Shown here: one piece after another, positions 47,143 to 60,100 of the stretch
Numbering within the stretch: the first letter of the stretch is position 1
Layout: each line of letters begins with the position of its first letter
Program-made: the position numbers and the translations under genes
Notes under the pieces: generated by a model
What the model was told of the DNA's origin: nothing
Database searches by the model: none
What the model saw: the letters and a program-made list of their open reading frames with translations, nothing else
From: Rhynchopus sp. YZ270_cl-10
Lineage: Eukaryota
NCBI GenBank assembly: GCA_964035575.1
Contig: OZ037847.1
Span: 1,488,001 to 1,552,000, forward strand
Reading direction: 5' to 3'
Length of the DNA stretch: 64,000 nt

Positions 47143-47406
47143 TTTATTTTTCCCCGAAAAAACGAAGAAAAAAAGAATTCCGGGAAACCGGACTGTCTCT
47201 TAGACAGAAAACTAAAGATTAACGATAAGGAAAACTAGGAGCTTTTTGCTCAATCAAAAAAAAAAAAAAAACAAAAAAAAAAACTAAAGTAGCAAATGCG
47301 ATTTCCCAACAATTTATGAAGAGATGAGAGGGACTCTCTCTCTCTTCCTCTTCACATACAAAAAACATTTTCAAACACCCTTTGGTCGGCAATTGCACTG
47401 TCAACC

Positions 47407-47454
<48 letters not shown>

Positions 47455-48576
47455 CTTGCTCTATTGTCTTCAAGATTTATTGCATTTTTTTTTTATTTTT
47501 CGATCCACTCCCTTTCATTTAGGTCCTGTGCACATCCAAGTATGATCTGATTTGATTATTCATCTCGGGTGGAGCTAAGTACGAATGTTGGGGTCAGGCT
47601 TGTATTTCCTTTTTTTTTCTTCTTTCCCCCCCCCCCCCCCCTTTTCATTATTCCTTACTGTAGGTCTCTGTTGTTCTCTTTGCACAGCATTTTTTTTATT
47701 GCTTTTTTTTCCCCTTGTTTATTCCCATATCTATCTTTGGAAAAGAACCCCTTTTTACTATTGCTGCACATTGGATAAAAGCGACTGTCTTTCTTTTTGC
47801 TTTTCCTCAAGCATAACAGCGTTGGAGGTTAAAGAAAAGACAGCGGCTATAAAAAAAAAAAAAAAATAATATAATGACGGAGGGAACTGTCCCTCTTCCC
47901 CTTTATTTTTTCCCTTTTTTTTTTTCTCTCGAGGAGTATAATTCCAAGGATTTTCTCCTCCCCTCCCCCTTATTCCCTTTGACCCGCGAACATTGGTTCC
48001 CCTGAGGGCCTTTTGTCATTTGTCATCCACACACATCACAGAGTTTTGATCGCAAGGATAAGTCCTTCCCCAAAAGACTTCTCGCTTTGCTTTTTCGAGC
48101 TCGAAAAAAAAAAAAAAAAAAAGCACACCCTTTTTTTTTTTTTTCACATATCCACACCACAGTTTCAGAACCACAGTCAAACGAAAACCATCCCAACCCT
48201 TGATACCCAGTGGTAAATCCACTACATTCGATAAAGCAACTAAAATAAATCACTTTGTTATGTATACGTTCGAGTGGGTTGAAACCACTGTATTTGCCCC
48301 GGTATTTTCAATGGAATACCTCACGATTCGTTGACCACGACAAAGCTATCCAGAATAATATAAAAAGAATAAGAGAAGAAAGTTCATCCTCGGGTGTCCA
48401 CACGGAATACCCAAGTTTTCAAAAACATTTTCCAGCGTAAGGCTGACCTCTCCCCCTTTCCTTTTGTGTCTTAGATTTTGTGCGATTGCATTGAAAAGCT
48501 TGTTTTTTCTTTGCCAATAATGACACAAAAAAAAAAAAACTTTTATAGCGGTTTTTACGAAGTGCAACTACCATAC

Positions 48577-48633
48577 TGCTTTCGGAAATCGGTCAACGAC
48601 CTGTCAATATCGACCCCTCCCGGAGCACCATAC
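48577..48633 (+). repeat. Hairpin family H (second copy at about 25946-26012)
   Basis: TGCTTTCGGAAATCGGTCARCGACCTGTCAAT.TCGACCC.CCCGGA shared; basal stem TGCTTTCGG/CCGGAGCA. Confidence 0.6.
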
Positions 48634-50381
48634 CTTTTAAAAAAAGGTGTCGAAACTACAAAAGAAAATGAAATGATATGGTCGCGCTGTAGGGGTGATA
48701 CCATCCTAGGAGTCAGAAAACAAATTTTTTCAAAAATGCCCCACTTTCTTAGCACCCTCTATACCTTCTTTTGTAAAAAAAGGAATGTATACGAAATAAA
48801 AAATGCCCTATTTCCATTTAATACAACATTCTTAGCCATATGAATGCTGAAACGACTGACGGCGCATGCCGTGCTAACTTTGTTTACTTTTCTTTTGTTT
48901 CTGTTTCGTTATAATCAGGGTTCATTTTACAAATACCCAAGATCCATCAGAGTAGCTTTCTTAGTCTCGAATTTTGTTATCTCATAAAAATACATTTTCT
49001 ATGCGAAAGTAGATTTAAATCGTATCTCTGCATGTCGTCGTATCTTATTCTTTTATCTTTTTTTTAAATTATTTCTGTCTTTTCCACGACATAGTTTACA
49101 ATGTTAACTTATTTTTTGTATTTGCTGTTTCTCTGTAGATAAATGCGAACGAAATGCATATTCATCGTTTTATAATTTCTCTTGTTCTTCTATTATTTCG
49201 ATGCATGGCTCTCGCCGGGGGGTGATCGGGTTTTAAATCACCCAAAAAAAAAAAAATATTAAAAAAAAGAGGGGTGATCCGGGTTTCGGATCACCCCTCT
49301 AAAAAAAAAAAAAAAAAAAATCCCAGGGTTGAACCCAGGGAAGTTCCTAAGTGGGACCGAGAACATGAAATTCTGGATTTTAGTTTTTTTTTCCTTTTTT
49401 TTTTTTCCTTTTTTCCTTAGGGGGCTTTCTTGTGGTTTCTGGTGGGTTTCACTGTAGGTGACACACCACCAGTGTGGTGAAATGGTCGAAACTCTCAAAA
49501 GCAAGAGTTTTCAGGGGGCAAGAAAAAAAAAATTGACACCAAAATCCTGCACCATCCAGGGCTGTACCCCCAATTTTTTTTTGCCTGCGGCGCCATTTTT
49601 CATTTTTTGCTCTGCAAAAAAGGGTTCGTTGGAAGCTAGATTTTTACACCGTACCCAAAAATTTTTGCCTGCGGCGCCATTTATATTATTTTTTGCTCCG
49701 CAAAAAGAGAAGTGCAAACGCCTCACCATTCATCGGCGGAAGCACTGGCTCCACGGGTTATCGAACCCCAGAGAGCACTTCATTGGCATGCACACGGTTG
49801 CCACGAGGGAGCGTATGCCGGTACAAAATCACTGCCCCATCCAAATAATATTCCCAACGTCTTTGGGGATCCCCTTGCATTTTGCAGCCAAAATGCAACT
49901 AGACCAAAGCTGCAAAAAGTTCCGCGCGCGTGTAGCGCGCCCGGGTTTGGGACCCCTTTTTGAATTTCGAGGGGCGGTTAAAGTGGCCCAGAATCACAGT
50001 TCTGACACTCATTTAGCATTGTGAGCAACGCACTAGTGGTCGTAACCAAAATTTATATCAATCAAGAACTTGTCCATTTTCTCGAAATGACCCCACTACA
50101 GTGAGGGTAGAGCTCGGAAAGCCCGAAAAAGGGCAAAAAACCCCACCCAAAAAAAAGGAAAAAAACGGGAACATAAATCCAGAATTTTGCTGTTTTTTCC
50201 GAGAACAAGGGGCAACCCTGGTTGAACCACGGGAGTACCATGGGGAACTGGGTTGCTGACCGCATCATCCAGACTGTACCTCAATTTTTTTTTGCCTGCG
50301 GCGCCATTTTTCCTTTTTTGCTCCGCAAAAAAGGTTTCGTTGAGTGAGTATGCGATGTAAAAGCTAGCTTTTTACACCGTA

Positions 50382-51747
50382 CACCATGGACTCGTAATGA
50401 CATTACGTGACGAGGGACGAGGGAAATTACGTGGGAAATTACGCGCGCAATGACGTCGTCACGACGCGGGCACCCCCTCGTAATGACGACGTCATGACGT
50501 GGGGTTTCCCTCGTCACGACGACGGCATTACGACGTCATGACGAGGGGGTGCCCTCGTAATTACGAGGGCACCCCTCGTAATTACGAGGGGTGCTCCCGT
50601 GGTCATTGTCTGGCTATTGCCTCCCAGGGAAAGGGACTCTCGAATTTTTTTTTTTTGGCCCCTATATACACCATGGACTCGTAATGACATTACGCGCGTC
50701 ATGACGAGGTAATTACGAGTGCCTTGACGAGGGCACCCCCTCGTAATTACGAGGGGGTGCCCTCGTCATGACGAGGTAATTACGAGGGCACCCCCTCGTA
50801 ATTACCACGTCACGACGTCGTCATGACGTGGGCACCCACGACAAGGCGATTTTTGACCAATACAAAAAAAAATTTTTTTTTCAAAAATCGGGCGTGGTAG
50901 GTCATAAAGTGGCCCAAAAAATCCAAAGAAAACCTCAGATTGACCAAATGGTGAAAAAAATTGTCAAGTCAAATTTCAGCCAAAATACGGCCATTAGACC
51001 CCCACAGATGCTTAAAAGTGCCAAATTTTGCTTTTAATGGCCTCAAATCGTCGAAATTAGCCCTATATAGGGGCCAAAAAAAAAAAATTCGAGAGTCCCT
51101 TTCCCTGGGAGGCAATAGCCAGACAATGACCACGGGAGCACCCCTCGTAATTACGAGGGGTGCCCTCGTAATTACGAGGGCACCCCCTCGTCATGACGTC
51201 GTAATGCCGTCGTCGTGACGAGGGAAACCCCACGTCATGACGTCGTCATTACGAGGGGGTGCCCGCGTCGTGACGACGTCATTGCGCGCGTAATTTCCCA
51301 CGTAATTTCCCTCGTCCCTCGTCACGTAATGTCATTACGAGTCCATGGTGTAGGGCTAATTTCGACGATTTGAGGCCATTAAAAGCAAAATTTGGCACTT
51401 TTAAGCATCTGTGGGGGTCTAATGGCCGTATTTTGGCTGAAATTTGACTTGACAATTTTTTTCACCATTTGGTCAATCTGAGGTTTTCTTTGGATTTTTT
51501 GGGCCACTTTATGACCTACCACGCCCGATTTTTGAAAAAAAAATTTTTTTTTGTATTGGTCAAAAATCGCCTTGTCGTGGGTGCCCACGTCATGACGACG
51601 TCGTGACGTGGTAATTACGAGGGGGTGCCCTCGTAATTACCTCGTCATGACGAGGGCACCCCCTCGTAATTACGAGGGGGTGCCCTCGTCAAGGCACTCG
51701 TAATTACCTCGTCATGACGCGCGTAATGTCATTACGAGTCCATGGTG
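50382..51747. mobile_element. 682-bp TA-TSD MITE, outer copy, interrupted at its central TATATA
   Basis: TIR CACCATGGACTCGTAATGACATTACG; TA at 50380-81 and 51748-49; the two pieces sum to 287+395=682 bp. Confidence 0.92.
50669..51350. mobile_element. 682-bp TA-TSD MITE, inner copy, inverted
   Basis: Same TIR; TA at 50667-68 and 51351-52; reverse complement of the reconstructed outer copy (identical 69-aa spurious ORFs appear on opposite strands). Confidence 0.92.
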
Positions 51748-52427
51748 TACCTTATTTTTTTTTTTCGCCTGCGGCGCCATTTTGTATTATTTTTTTTTGC
51801 TCCGCAAAAAAAGAGCACATACATACAGTTCCCTATGTTCCCAATGTCCCTGGTCAGCAGTGCTGAAAAATTTTTTGGGCATAAAAACAAGCTGACCCCA
51901 AACGAGGGGAGAAAGCGCCTCGCCTCCCTGCACTGGCAGGGAGTCGCGCGCGCGAAGCGCGCGCGCGACCGCTTTTACGGGGGGAAAGCTCGGGGACCCC
52001 AAATCACCCCCCATTTTGGCCAAAAGGGGTGATTGGCGAGAGCCCTGTTTCGATGACGTAAAAAAAAAAAAAAAAAAAGTGGAGCTTTTGCACAGGTGTT
52101 AACTACACTATTCTAACAATCTATCAAAAAAAAAAAAGAAAAAAATATGCCACTTTCCTGACCCGATACGTGCTTCTCAATATCTATCTCAAACCCCACA
52201 ACCCCTCCCCAGCCAGCCTGCCACCCTCTCCAGCCATCTTCCGGACAAAAAAAAAAGCAAAAAAGAGAGAAAAAACTATGTCACTATTAATGACGCACCC
52301 TTTGAGCTATTGAAAAAGCAAATTATCTTGCATAAAAAAAAAATAGACAATTTTCACTTGCCCTGCATTTTTCAGCGAAAAAAAAGCGGCCTATTCGTTC
52401 GCATATGATTTACGGTGAACTTTTATT

Positions 52428-52465
52428 AGATGTGCGTGCACAAGAGGCACATTCATCTTTCAAAG
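52428..52465 (+). ncRNA. Hairpin family F, representative copy
   Basis: AGATG-TGCGTGC-ACAAGAG-GCACATT-CATCT-TTCAAAG. About 20 relatives, e.g. 2168, 4215, 10133, 14190, 18068, 19456, 24631, 31479, 36718, 53849, 61814. Confidence 0.4.
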
Positions 52466-55400
52466 TTTTTCCTTATTTACAACCCTTGATTAGGGTCTAT
52501 AAATAGGTTTTCCATGATATGTCACACTAGCATAATGGAAGTTGCGTCTTTTTTTGCACATGAGATACTTTTTTCCCCCTCCTTCTGTGAGCAACTCCCA
52601 AATGTGCAAAAACAAAAAAGCGATGAAGACAGTTTTTTTTTTTTTTTTTGCACTGTGTTTCACTCTTTTTCCCCTCTCATAAGAAACCAACAGACGACGT
52701 CTTTTTTTTGCGCTGCATCTTGCCATAGACAATATTTTTTCTTTTTTGCAATTTGATTTTAAAAGGAAATGAGCAGGAATGGCCTCATGTTCCCTTAGTG
52801 TGTAGTGGTGTCGAAGCCCCCCCCTGGCAGCCACCCAATATTCTTTTGCTAATTGTTTTAACCGGCAAAGAGAGAATATCTGTCCCAGCCCACGCCCCCC
52901 CATGTGTTCTTTGTGTTTAAGACAGAATTTTTCGCGTTCTCTTCCCCCTTCCCATTGGGGGTTTTTTTTTATTCAAACCATTGCAATAAGCTGACCGTTT
53001 TTTTATATTCTTACGAAGCTTGCTTTAAAAGGAAAAATAGTACCGGGTACGGTCGCCAATCATCCCTCAAATAGGAGGATTTGTGCAATCAACGAAAAAA
53101 AAAAATTTAACTCAATGCGACTAGAACCAGATATTCATCAACAAAGAATGCCCACACCCCCTTCCCTTCCTCATAATCCTTACTCGATCAATTTTTTTTT
53201 TTGATAAAAAGTCAGACCAGAGCTCCGAATAAATTCTCTGTCACACCCGACTGAGGTGTGTGCCGTCTGCTCAATACTAGCCCTCCCCCTTTTGGGTGAC
53301 AATTTGCGAGGACCTAAACTTTGTTTCTTTTTGAAGATTTTTTTTTTGTCCGATAAAAAGGAGTGCGGTGAACGTTTGATCCCATCTTTTTTTTTTTTCT
53401 TCATAGTTTGAACCAAGCATGAGATGCTTTGGTTCAACTGAGGAACTCCCTTTTTTTTTTATCGCAAAAAAAATAAAAAATAATAATGGCTTGCCATTTA
53501 GTTGTGGCATTTTTCGAGAGTGTTTATTCAGGGACAACGTCACTCGCTTCTTTTTATTAGGTCTAGTGTGCCTTGTGTCGGCCTCGAGATTGATGTGGAA
53601 AAAAGAAGAACAAAGACAAACACCAAAAAGAAGAAAAAAAAGGTGCACCTAGGCAAGCCCCATATGGGTCAGTCTAACGTCCGTAGAGACGTTTGCAGTA
53701 TCCGAAATCGCTTTTTTTTTAATTTTTGCCGTAGGGGGGATAAGAGGTTCTGCGTGCTTGTCAATTTTTCAAAATAAAAATTGCGCAAGATGTGGACCCC
53801 TATCTAACCCGTGTGATACTTTAAGGGTTTTTTTTTTTAGTATCATTTAGATGTGTGTACGCGGTGAGAGGTATACCTGTCTTTCAGGTTTTTTTTTTGA
53901 TTTTTTTTTGGTTATGTTTTAGTGTTAAATCTCTCAACAACGTCAAGTTTGCAAGGCGTGCAGGTGGAAACATGTTGGGGGGGAGGAGAGAGAGGGGGCT
54001 ACGCGCTCATGAATAAACCAAAGAAATCTAATCAGACTAAGTACTTAGCGCTTAGGGGTCATCTCTCTTTTATTTTCTTTTTTTTTTCAAAATAACAAGC
54101 TCCCACTCCGTGTTTTTGCTTTTTTTTTTTTGTACGTCTCCACTGAGCTCTGGTCTTCTTGAGACCCTTCCCCTCACAGCAGCCCCCCCCTTTTCCCTAC
54201 GCCCTCCTTTCCCTCACACGTTGTGTTTTCATTCCGTACCGTCCGTAAGCCATTTAGGTTTCTTTTTCACATCTTCCGTTGAAGAAGGGTTATGCTGTCA
54301 TCCGCATGGCTGGTGTCGCAGGTCAGTCAGAGGTGTGCCTGCATTGCAATCCCATTTTTTTTTTGATATTGATTGTGATCAAGGTGGCCAAGCACAAAGA
54401 CAGAACAACGATTTTCAGGATCGAGTGTTATGTGTGCAATGTACGCAGCATAGCTATAACCCCTTTTTGTGTTTTTTTCCCCCCGCTATTTGGAACCTAT
54501 CCCCCCTACCTTAACCCATGCGTTATGTACATCGTGCGAGAAAAAAAAAATTGTCTGCAATATCAAAAGGGGAGTTCACATGCTGATATAGGGGGTACCT
54601 TGGAATAATTTTTTTTTGAGGACAGACCCCTGAAGTAATGTTTTTTTTAAATTCCACTGTGGGTTTTGAGGCAACTGTTGGCAAGACGTAGGCTCATCCT
54701 ATACTGGAAAATCTCCCCCCCCCCTGTTGAGTGGAAAACACTATTGGTAGTGGGCACCAACAAGGGGGAGGGAGGGGAGGGAATATTATTTTTTCGCCCT
54801 ACAAAAACATTCCCTTTTTTTTTTTTTGTGTGTGTCATTTGCCTCCCTTTTTGTTGTTGTGGTATAGTTTGCTTTACCCCCCCACCTTTGGCACAACCTG
54901 CTGATATTCGTTATCCGATTGCTGTTTAATTAAAAGAAGTGTGCAAAAAGGACAATAATATATTTGCACTTTCCCCCCCAAAAAAAGCCTTATCTGATCT
55001 GACAAAGATAACAGAAAAAATGGGGTGGGAGAAAAAATAAAATAAATGTGGACAACAAAATTTGCCCCGTTTGTGAACTTATCAGAATAACGCATTTTTT
55101 TAAAAAAATATATACACACAGTCAGCAGCCGATTCCTCTTCCCCCCATGCCCCTCGATCGGATCCCAGACCCCTCCTTTTTATGGTAAATCAGTGTGGGG
55201 GTACTTTAGTTTTTTTTGTTTTGTTTTTGATAGGTGACAAAGGCAGAGGCTTGGGTTAATCTTAGCTTTTTCTTTCGCTTTTCAAAATAAAATATTTGGT
55301 AGTTTTTTTTCTCTGGGTTGAGGATGATCGACATCGCTAGCCCTTTTTTTTTTTCTTCTTTTTTTTTTTTGTATTTTCCTTTAGCTTTCTTCGCTCAGTA

Positions 55401-57122
55401 GTACTTCAAATGATAGTTCAAGAAAATGTCACCCAGGGTCACTTTTGCATAAAGCACTATACCCTCCTACGCAGTAGGTAATCGAGAGAAAGAAAAAAAA
55501 ACCCCCCCACACACACCGCTCGTAGATTGCGTCCTGAAGAGCCCGTGCAGGCCATTCACTTAGCATTGTTCACTGATCGCGTCCTGTTGTTTCCCCCCCT
55601 CTTGACGGTGTCAAAGCAGCGCTACCTTGTTTACTTTTTTTTTTTGTGAACAAATGTCATTGTACCACGCGAGATATTCATCTGTTCAACAAAAAAATAC
55701 CCCCATCCCCCCTAGTTTTGTTGTGCGAATGAAAGGAGTAGGTTACGCGAATCTGTGTGGAGTGTACCTTATTTTCCTTACAATCCCCCCCTAATCCCCC
55801 CCCACGGCCTAGCATGAGCAATGACAAGGAGGGGGGTATGGCGTATGGCTAGTTAAGGGGGGGTGTCATTATTTATGTCTTGACACCCCGGGAAGCACCA
55901 CTTGTCTTGTCATTGTAACTTAACTAGTGCGCTTTGTCATATGATTAGTTTATGGGTGGTCAACTAGGTCGTGGTGGACCCCCACCTCTCATATCAGGTA
56001 CTCCCCCCGCCCCGGTGATGAAATCAAAAGTGCTAAAGTGCTAAAGAGGCGGCTTCCTGGTCTGAAGTTAGCGATCCCAAGCTAAATGGACGTGGTTTTT
56101 GGTGGCAACTCGCCCCAGCACCCAAAAATGCCAAATGAACCTTGTCTCAAAAGCATGTCACGCCATTTCGAAAAGCCACTACTGTGGCGCTTGGTGTAGG
56201 GTTAACAAAATCTTATGGTTCAGGTGATTAAGAGAGGTTGCAAAATTTTCTTTATTTTTTTTTAACCATGAGGGGTGGTTTTGGTACAGTTGAGAGTTAG
56301 GCGCTACAAAATTGTGTGCGTTCTCGCTACTTTGATGGGAAAGTATACGAAATTGATATATTTTTTTTGTGTCAATGTAACGTTTTGTCCGCCAGAACAC
56401 CCCTCAAAAAAAAAAAAAAAAAAAAGTCACCCCCCTTCCACCTGACGCATATCCCGCTGTTGTGGTTCCAAGTGGATGGTCATCCCTTTCCCCCAGCTCA
56501 CGTTCGCAGCTCTTCCCATTTAGAATCAAAACGAAAGGGGGAGGAAGAATAAAAAGGGGAGGATTTTTTTTTTGTGAGGCGAACAATTGGTTTTGTACTA
56601 CTCACGCACCTCCCCCCTTTGTGGTAGGCTTCTTTGTTTCCATTGCATTTTTAGCTTCTTTTTTTTATTTTTATTATTATTAAGCTATCCCCGTCGCCAC
56701 CATCTTCGCCCCCCCTCCCTCACCCCCCTCCAACCTCTTGTGGTTTCGATTTTCTTTTCAAAAAGACAAAATAAAAAACTGGATTTTTTTTTTTTTCAAT
56801 TTCATCCCCTCCCCCTTCCCCCTTGTAGTCTTCACATTGCACTGAAGGAAACTTCCTTTTTACATAATCGCACTTCCCTGTCCGTCTACATCTCATCGAG
56901 AGGCAATTTTTTTGTCTCGCTGCGCTACACATTTCCTCTATTGCTCAAAACCCCCCCGCTCCACTAACATCCACCTCCCCCACCCTACCCCCCCTTTCAG
57001 GAAGGAACAGTGCCGCTGTGCACTCCTCCACTCCATCCCTCCCCCTCCCCTCCCACCCCTTTCAAAGAAATTGGATTCTTTTCTTAAAAAAACCCCCTCC
57101 TCCTCCTCCTCTTCCTTTTCAT

Positions 57123-60100
57123 ATGAAGCGTCGGTTTCAAGCATCGGGAGAAGGGTGCGAGGGTGGCCAGGAGTTGTGTGTTGCGGAGGAGCGTGGTCGG
57201 GTGCAGATTCTGCGATATGAGTCGAGGCAACGTCGCGCGACAGCTGCGGCGTGTGCAGTAGAAGAGGAGGCATTCAACCAGCCGTCCCCTATCAGCAGCC
57301 CCGCGTCCCTTCTCGATAGCTCTGTTCTGCTGCGGACCTGTAGAGAAAATCCGGACGATCCACACACATTTGAATCTGACCCAGACTCTTCTCTTGCCCT
57401 CAGCAACACTGCGTGCTTTGATCTAGATGAGGGTTATGAATCAGACAGCGACCTCCAAATGCCTTTCCCGATGCCCCTGGAGCGTGCCTCAAGCTTTGAT
57501 ATTTCAAGCGATTTTGCGTCGGATAGACAACGCATGGAAGGTACCGTTACCTCGTTTGGGTCTGTCCCGTCGACGCCGGACCAATCGTTTAATCATGTAG
57601 AGGATGTGTTTGCGATGTGTGGTTTTCAGGATGACAGCTGTGCGTATGAGAGGGAGACGTTGCAGGTCATGAATGGGGTGCATCCGTTGTCTGTGCAGGT
57701 GTCGGTGTGTGAGGTGTTGCAGACGGCGACGCTGCCGTGGGTGTCGGGGCGTGGCAGGACGTATAGGGAGGAGGGTTTGGATGGGGACGATGTCAGGTCG
57801 TTGCAGGTTCCGTTGCCGGTATGGTCGAGGTTGTATCCGCATCAGAAGGAAGGGGTGATGTGGTTGTGGAAGCAGGCATGTGAAGCAGCAACGGAGCGTC
57901 CAGCAGGCGGCATTCTTGGTGACGAAATGGGGCTCGGCAAAACCATCCAGATGCTCACCTTCCTGAGCGCGGCGCTCCACTGCGGATACGGCCGCTCCGC
58001 ACTCATTGTCGTGCCCCTCTCGGTCATCGCAAGCTGGCAGTCCCACCAAGAAACATGGTGTCCCCGCCTCCGCCTCAGAACGCTCACCGCAGAGACACCC
58101 ATATCGCTCCGATCCTGCATCATTGAAGGCTTTATGGATCCGCAAAGCCCTTCCGTGCTGCTGACCACATATGGCATGGTGCAAAGTATGTACAAAAGAA
58201 GGGACGAATGGTTGGGCCGTGTGAAGTGGGACTACGTGGTGCTCGATGAGGGGCACTCCATCAAGAACCCTGCCTCGCAGACGGCGCGTGCAGTGGGTGC
58301 GCTGCAGAGCGAGGTGCGTTTCGTCATCACCGGCACGCCAATGCAGAACTCCCTTGACGAGCTCTGGGCGCTGTTCTCCTTCATTGACCCGCGCATCCTC
58401 GCGGTCACTGCGGCTGCCTTCAAACGCACCTACACAGACCCCATCAAGAAGGGCATGCTTAAGGGTTCCTCCGAAGCCGCCAAGGAAGCATCTGACGTGC
58501 AAAGCGAAGCGCTCCACAGTGTCATCATGCCGTACATGCTGCAGCGTCAGAAGGAGGACATCCCTGGGTTGGGTCTCAGCAAGAAGATCGATGTGGTGGT
58601 GTGGTGTGGAATGACGGACCTGCAGAAGCGTGTCTACGAAGGCTACCTGGAGGGCACCGATGTGCGTGAGTGCATTCTCAAGAAGGAGACTGCAGGTGCG
58701 GTGTGCAAACTCACAAACCTGCGGAAGCTGTGTAACCACCTTTGGCTGCAGTACTCACAGGATGAACTCAACAACCGACTCTTAGTGCCCACCAGCGACA
58801 ACGAGCAGGGCACGATCGCTGGCGACTGCTGCAAGATGGAAGTGCTAATGAAGATCTACGAACGTGCTCGGGAGACTGGAGAGCGTGTGCTCGTCTTCTC
58901 TCAGAGCGTGAAGATGCTCAACATCATCACCGTCGTCCTGCATGAATGCTTCCCCGACATCCAGCTTCTCCGCCTCGATGGGTCCACCAAGGCGAAGGAC
59001 CGTCAGGAGCGTGTGGACCGCTTCAACACCGACGCCAGCATCGACATGATGCTTCTTACCACTGGTGTGGGTGGTACGGGGCTTACCCTCACCGGAGCCT
59101 CGCAGGTCGTCATCTTTGACCCAGACTGGAACCCTGCGAAGGACTCCCAGGCGATAGGCCGAGCACACCGCATTGGGCAGACACGCCAGGTGGTGGTCTA
59201 CCGCCTCATGACGTGCGGTGGTGTGGAGGAGTTCACCTACCGACAAGAGATCTTCAAGGAGTGCGTCGAGCGCAAGACGACACGCACCCACATGGATCTG
59301 GATATGCACCGCTACTTCAACCGTGTGGAGCTCCATTCGATGTTCAAATTTGAGCCCGACGCGGCACGGACGTTGGACCAGCTCAACACCTTGCAGGGTG
59401 TGCAGCAGTACCCGGAGGAGACGGTGCGGGTGTTCACGGAGTTGAACGATCTGGAGAACGTGCAGGGCATCACTAACCACGACGCTGTGTTCTGCCGCCG
59501 TGAGAGCGACAGCGACGTGCAGGACGACCTAGACGCAACGCTACCTGCCGCACACACCACCACATCCGTCTCATCATCGCAGAGCCCTGCCCCCAAGCGC
59601 TCTGCACTGTCCGACATCACCCCAAACATGACGCCCGCAGCCGCACCCGAGACACTCAAGGTCACAGACACCTCCGTCGAACGCTCCTCCACCCCTGCCG
59701 CAACGTTCCCCCCCGCCCTCCCACCCCTCCCCAACTGCAGCCCCGACAGCACAGGGCTCAACCGTCGTGCCCCCTCCTACTCCTCCTGCGGCGAGATGCC
59801 ACGCGACAAGGTATGCCACACCCCCATCCGCCCACCACATCTTCCCAACAGGACGACGAAGGCATGCTCCGCGCCGCAGAGGAGGCCCTGTCTCGGATGA
59901 GCTCCCCCTCCCCTTCATGCTTTCCCCTTGGGTATGCTTTCCCTTCCCTTCTAATCCATCCTTCATCTCTCTACAGTCTCCCTCCACGCCACGCATCGAA
60001 GTCTCCCGGCATGCGTTCCGTCGAAAGCAAATGCTCGAACTGCGACTACAGCCAATTCCCTTTCTGCCCTGTGACTGGCCGTGCTCATAAGAAATGCCTT

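Larger units (their letters stand above)
49204..52047. mobile_element. hAT-type non-autonomous element hosting two nested MITEs
   Basis: TIR CA(T/G)GGCTCTCGCC / GGCGAGAGCCCTG, perfect 8-bp TSD TTTCGATG (49196-49203, 52048-52055), subterminal GGGGTGAT/ATCACCCC repeats. Confidence 0.9.

Noticed and set aside
53969..54050. Hatchet-ribozyme-like words (AAACATGTTGGGG, ATCTAATC)
   Set aside because: Spacing is wrong and pairing partners are absent; likely chance.
2573..56967. Numerous 60-190-aa F/K-rich ORFs in the spacers
   Set aside because: Translations of poly-T/poly-A tracts and repeats, many with non-ATG starts.
57504..58739. 411-aa minus-strand ORF and other antisense ORFs over the four genes
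   Set aside because: Shadow ORFs of GC-rich coding sequence with no motifs.
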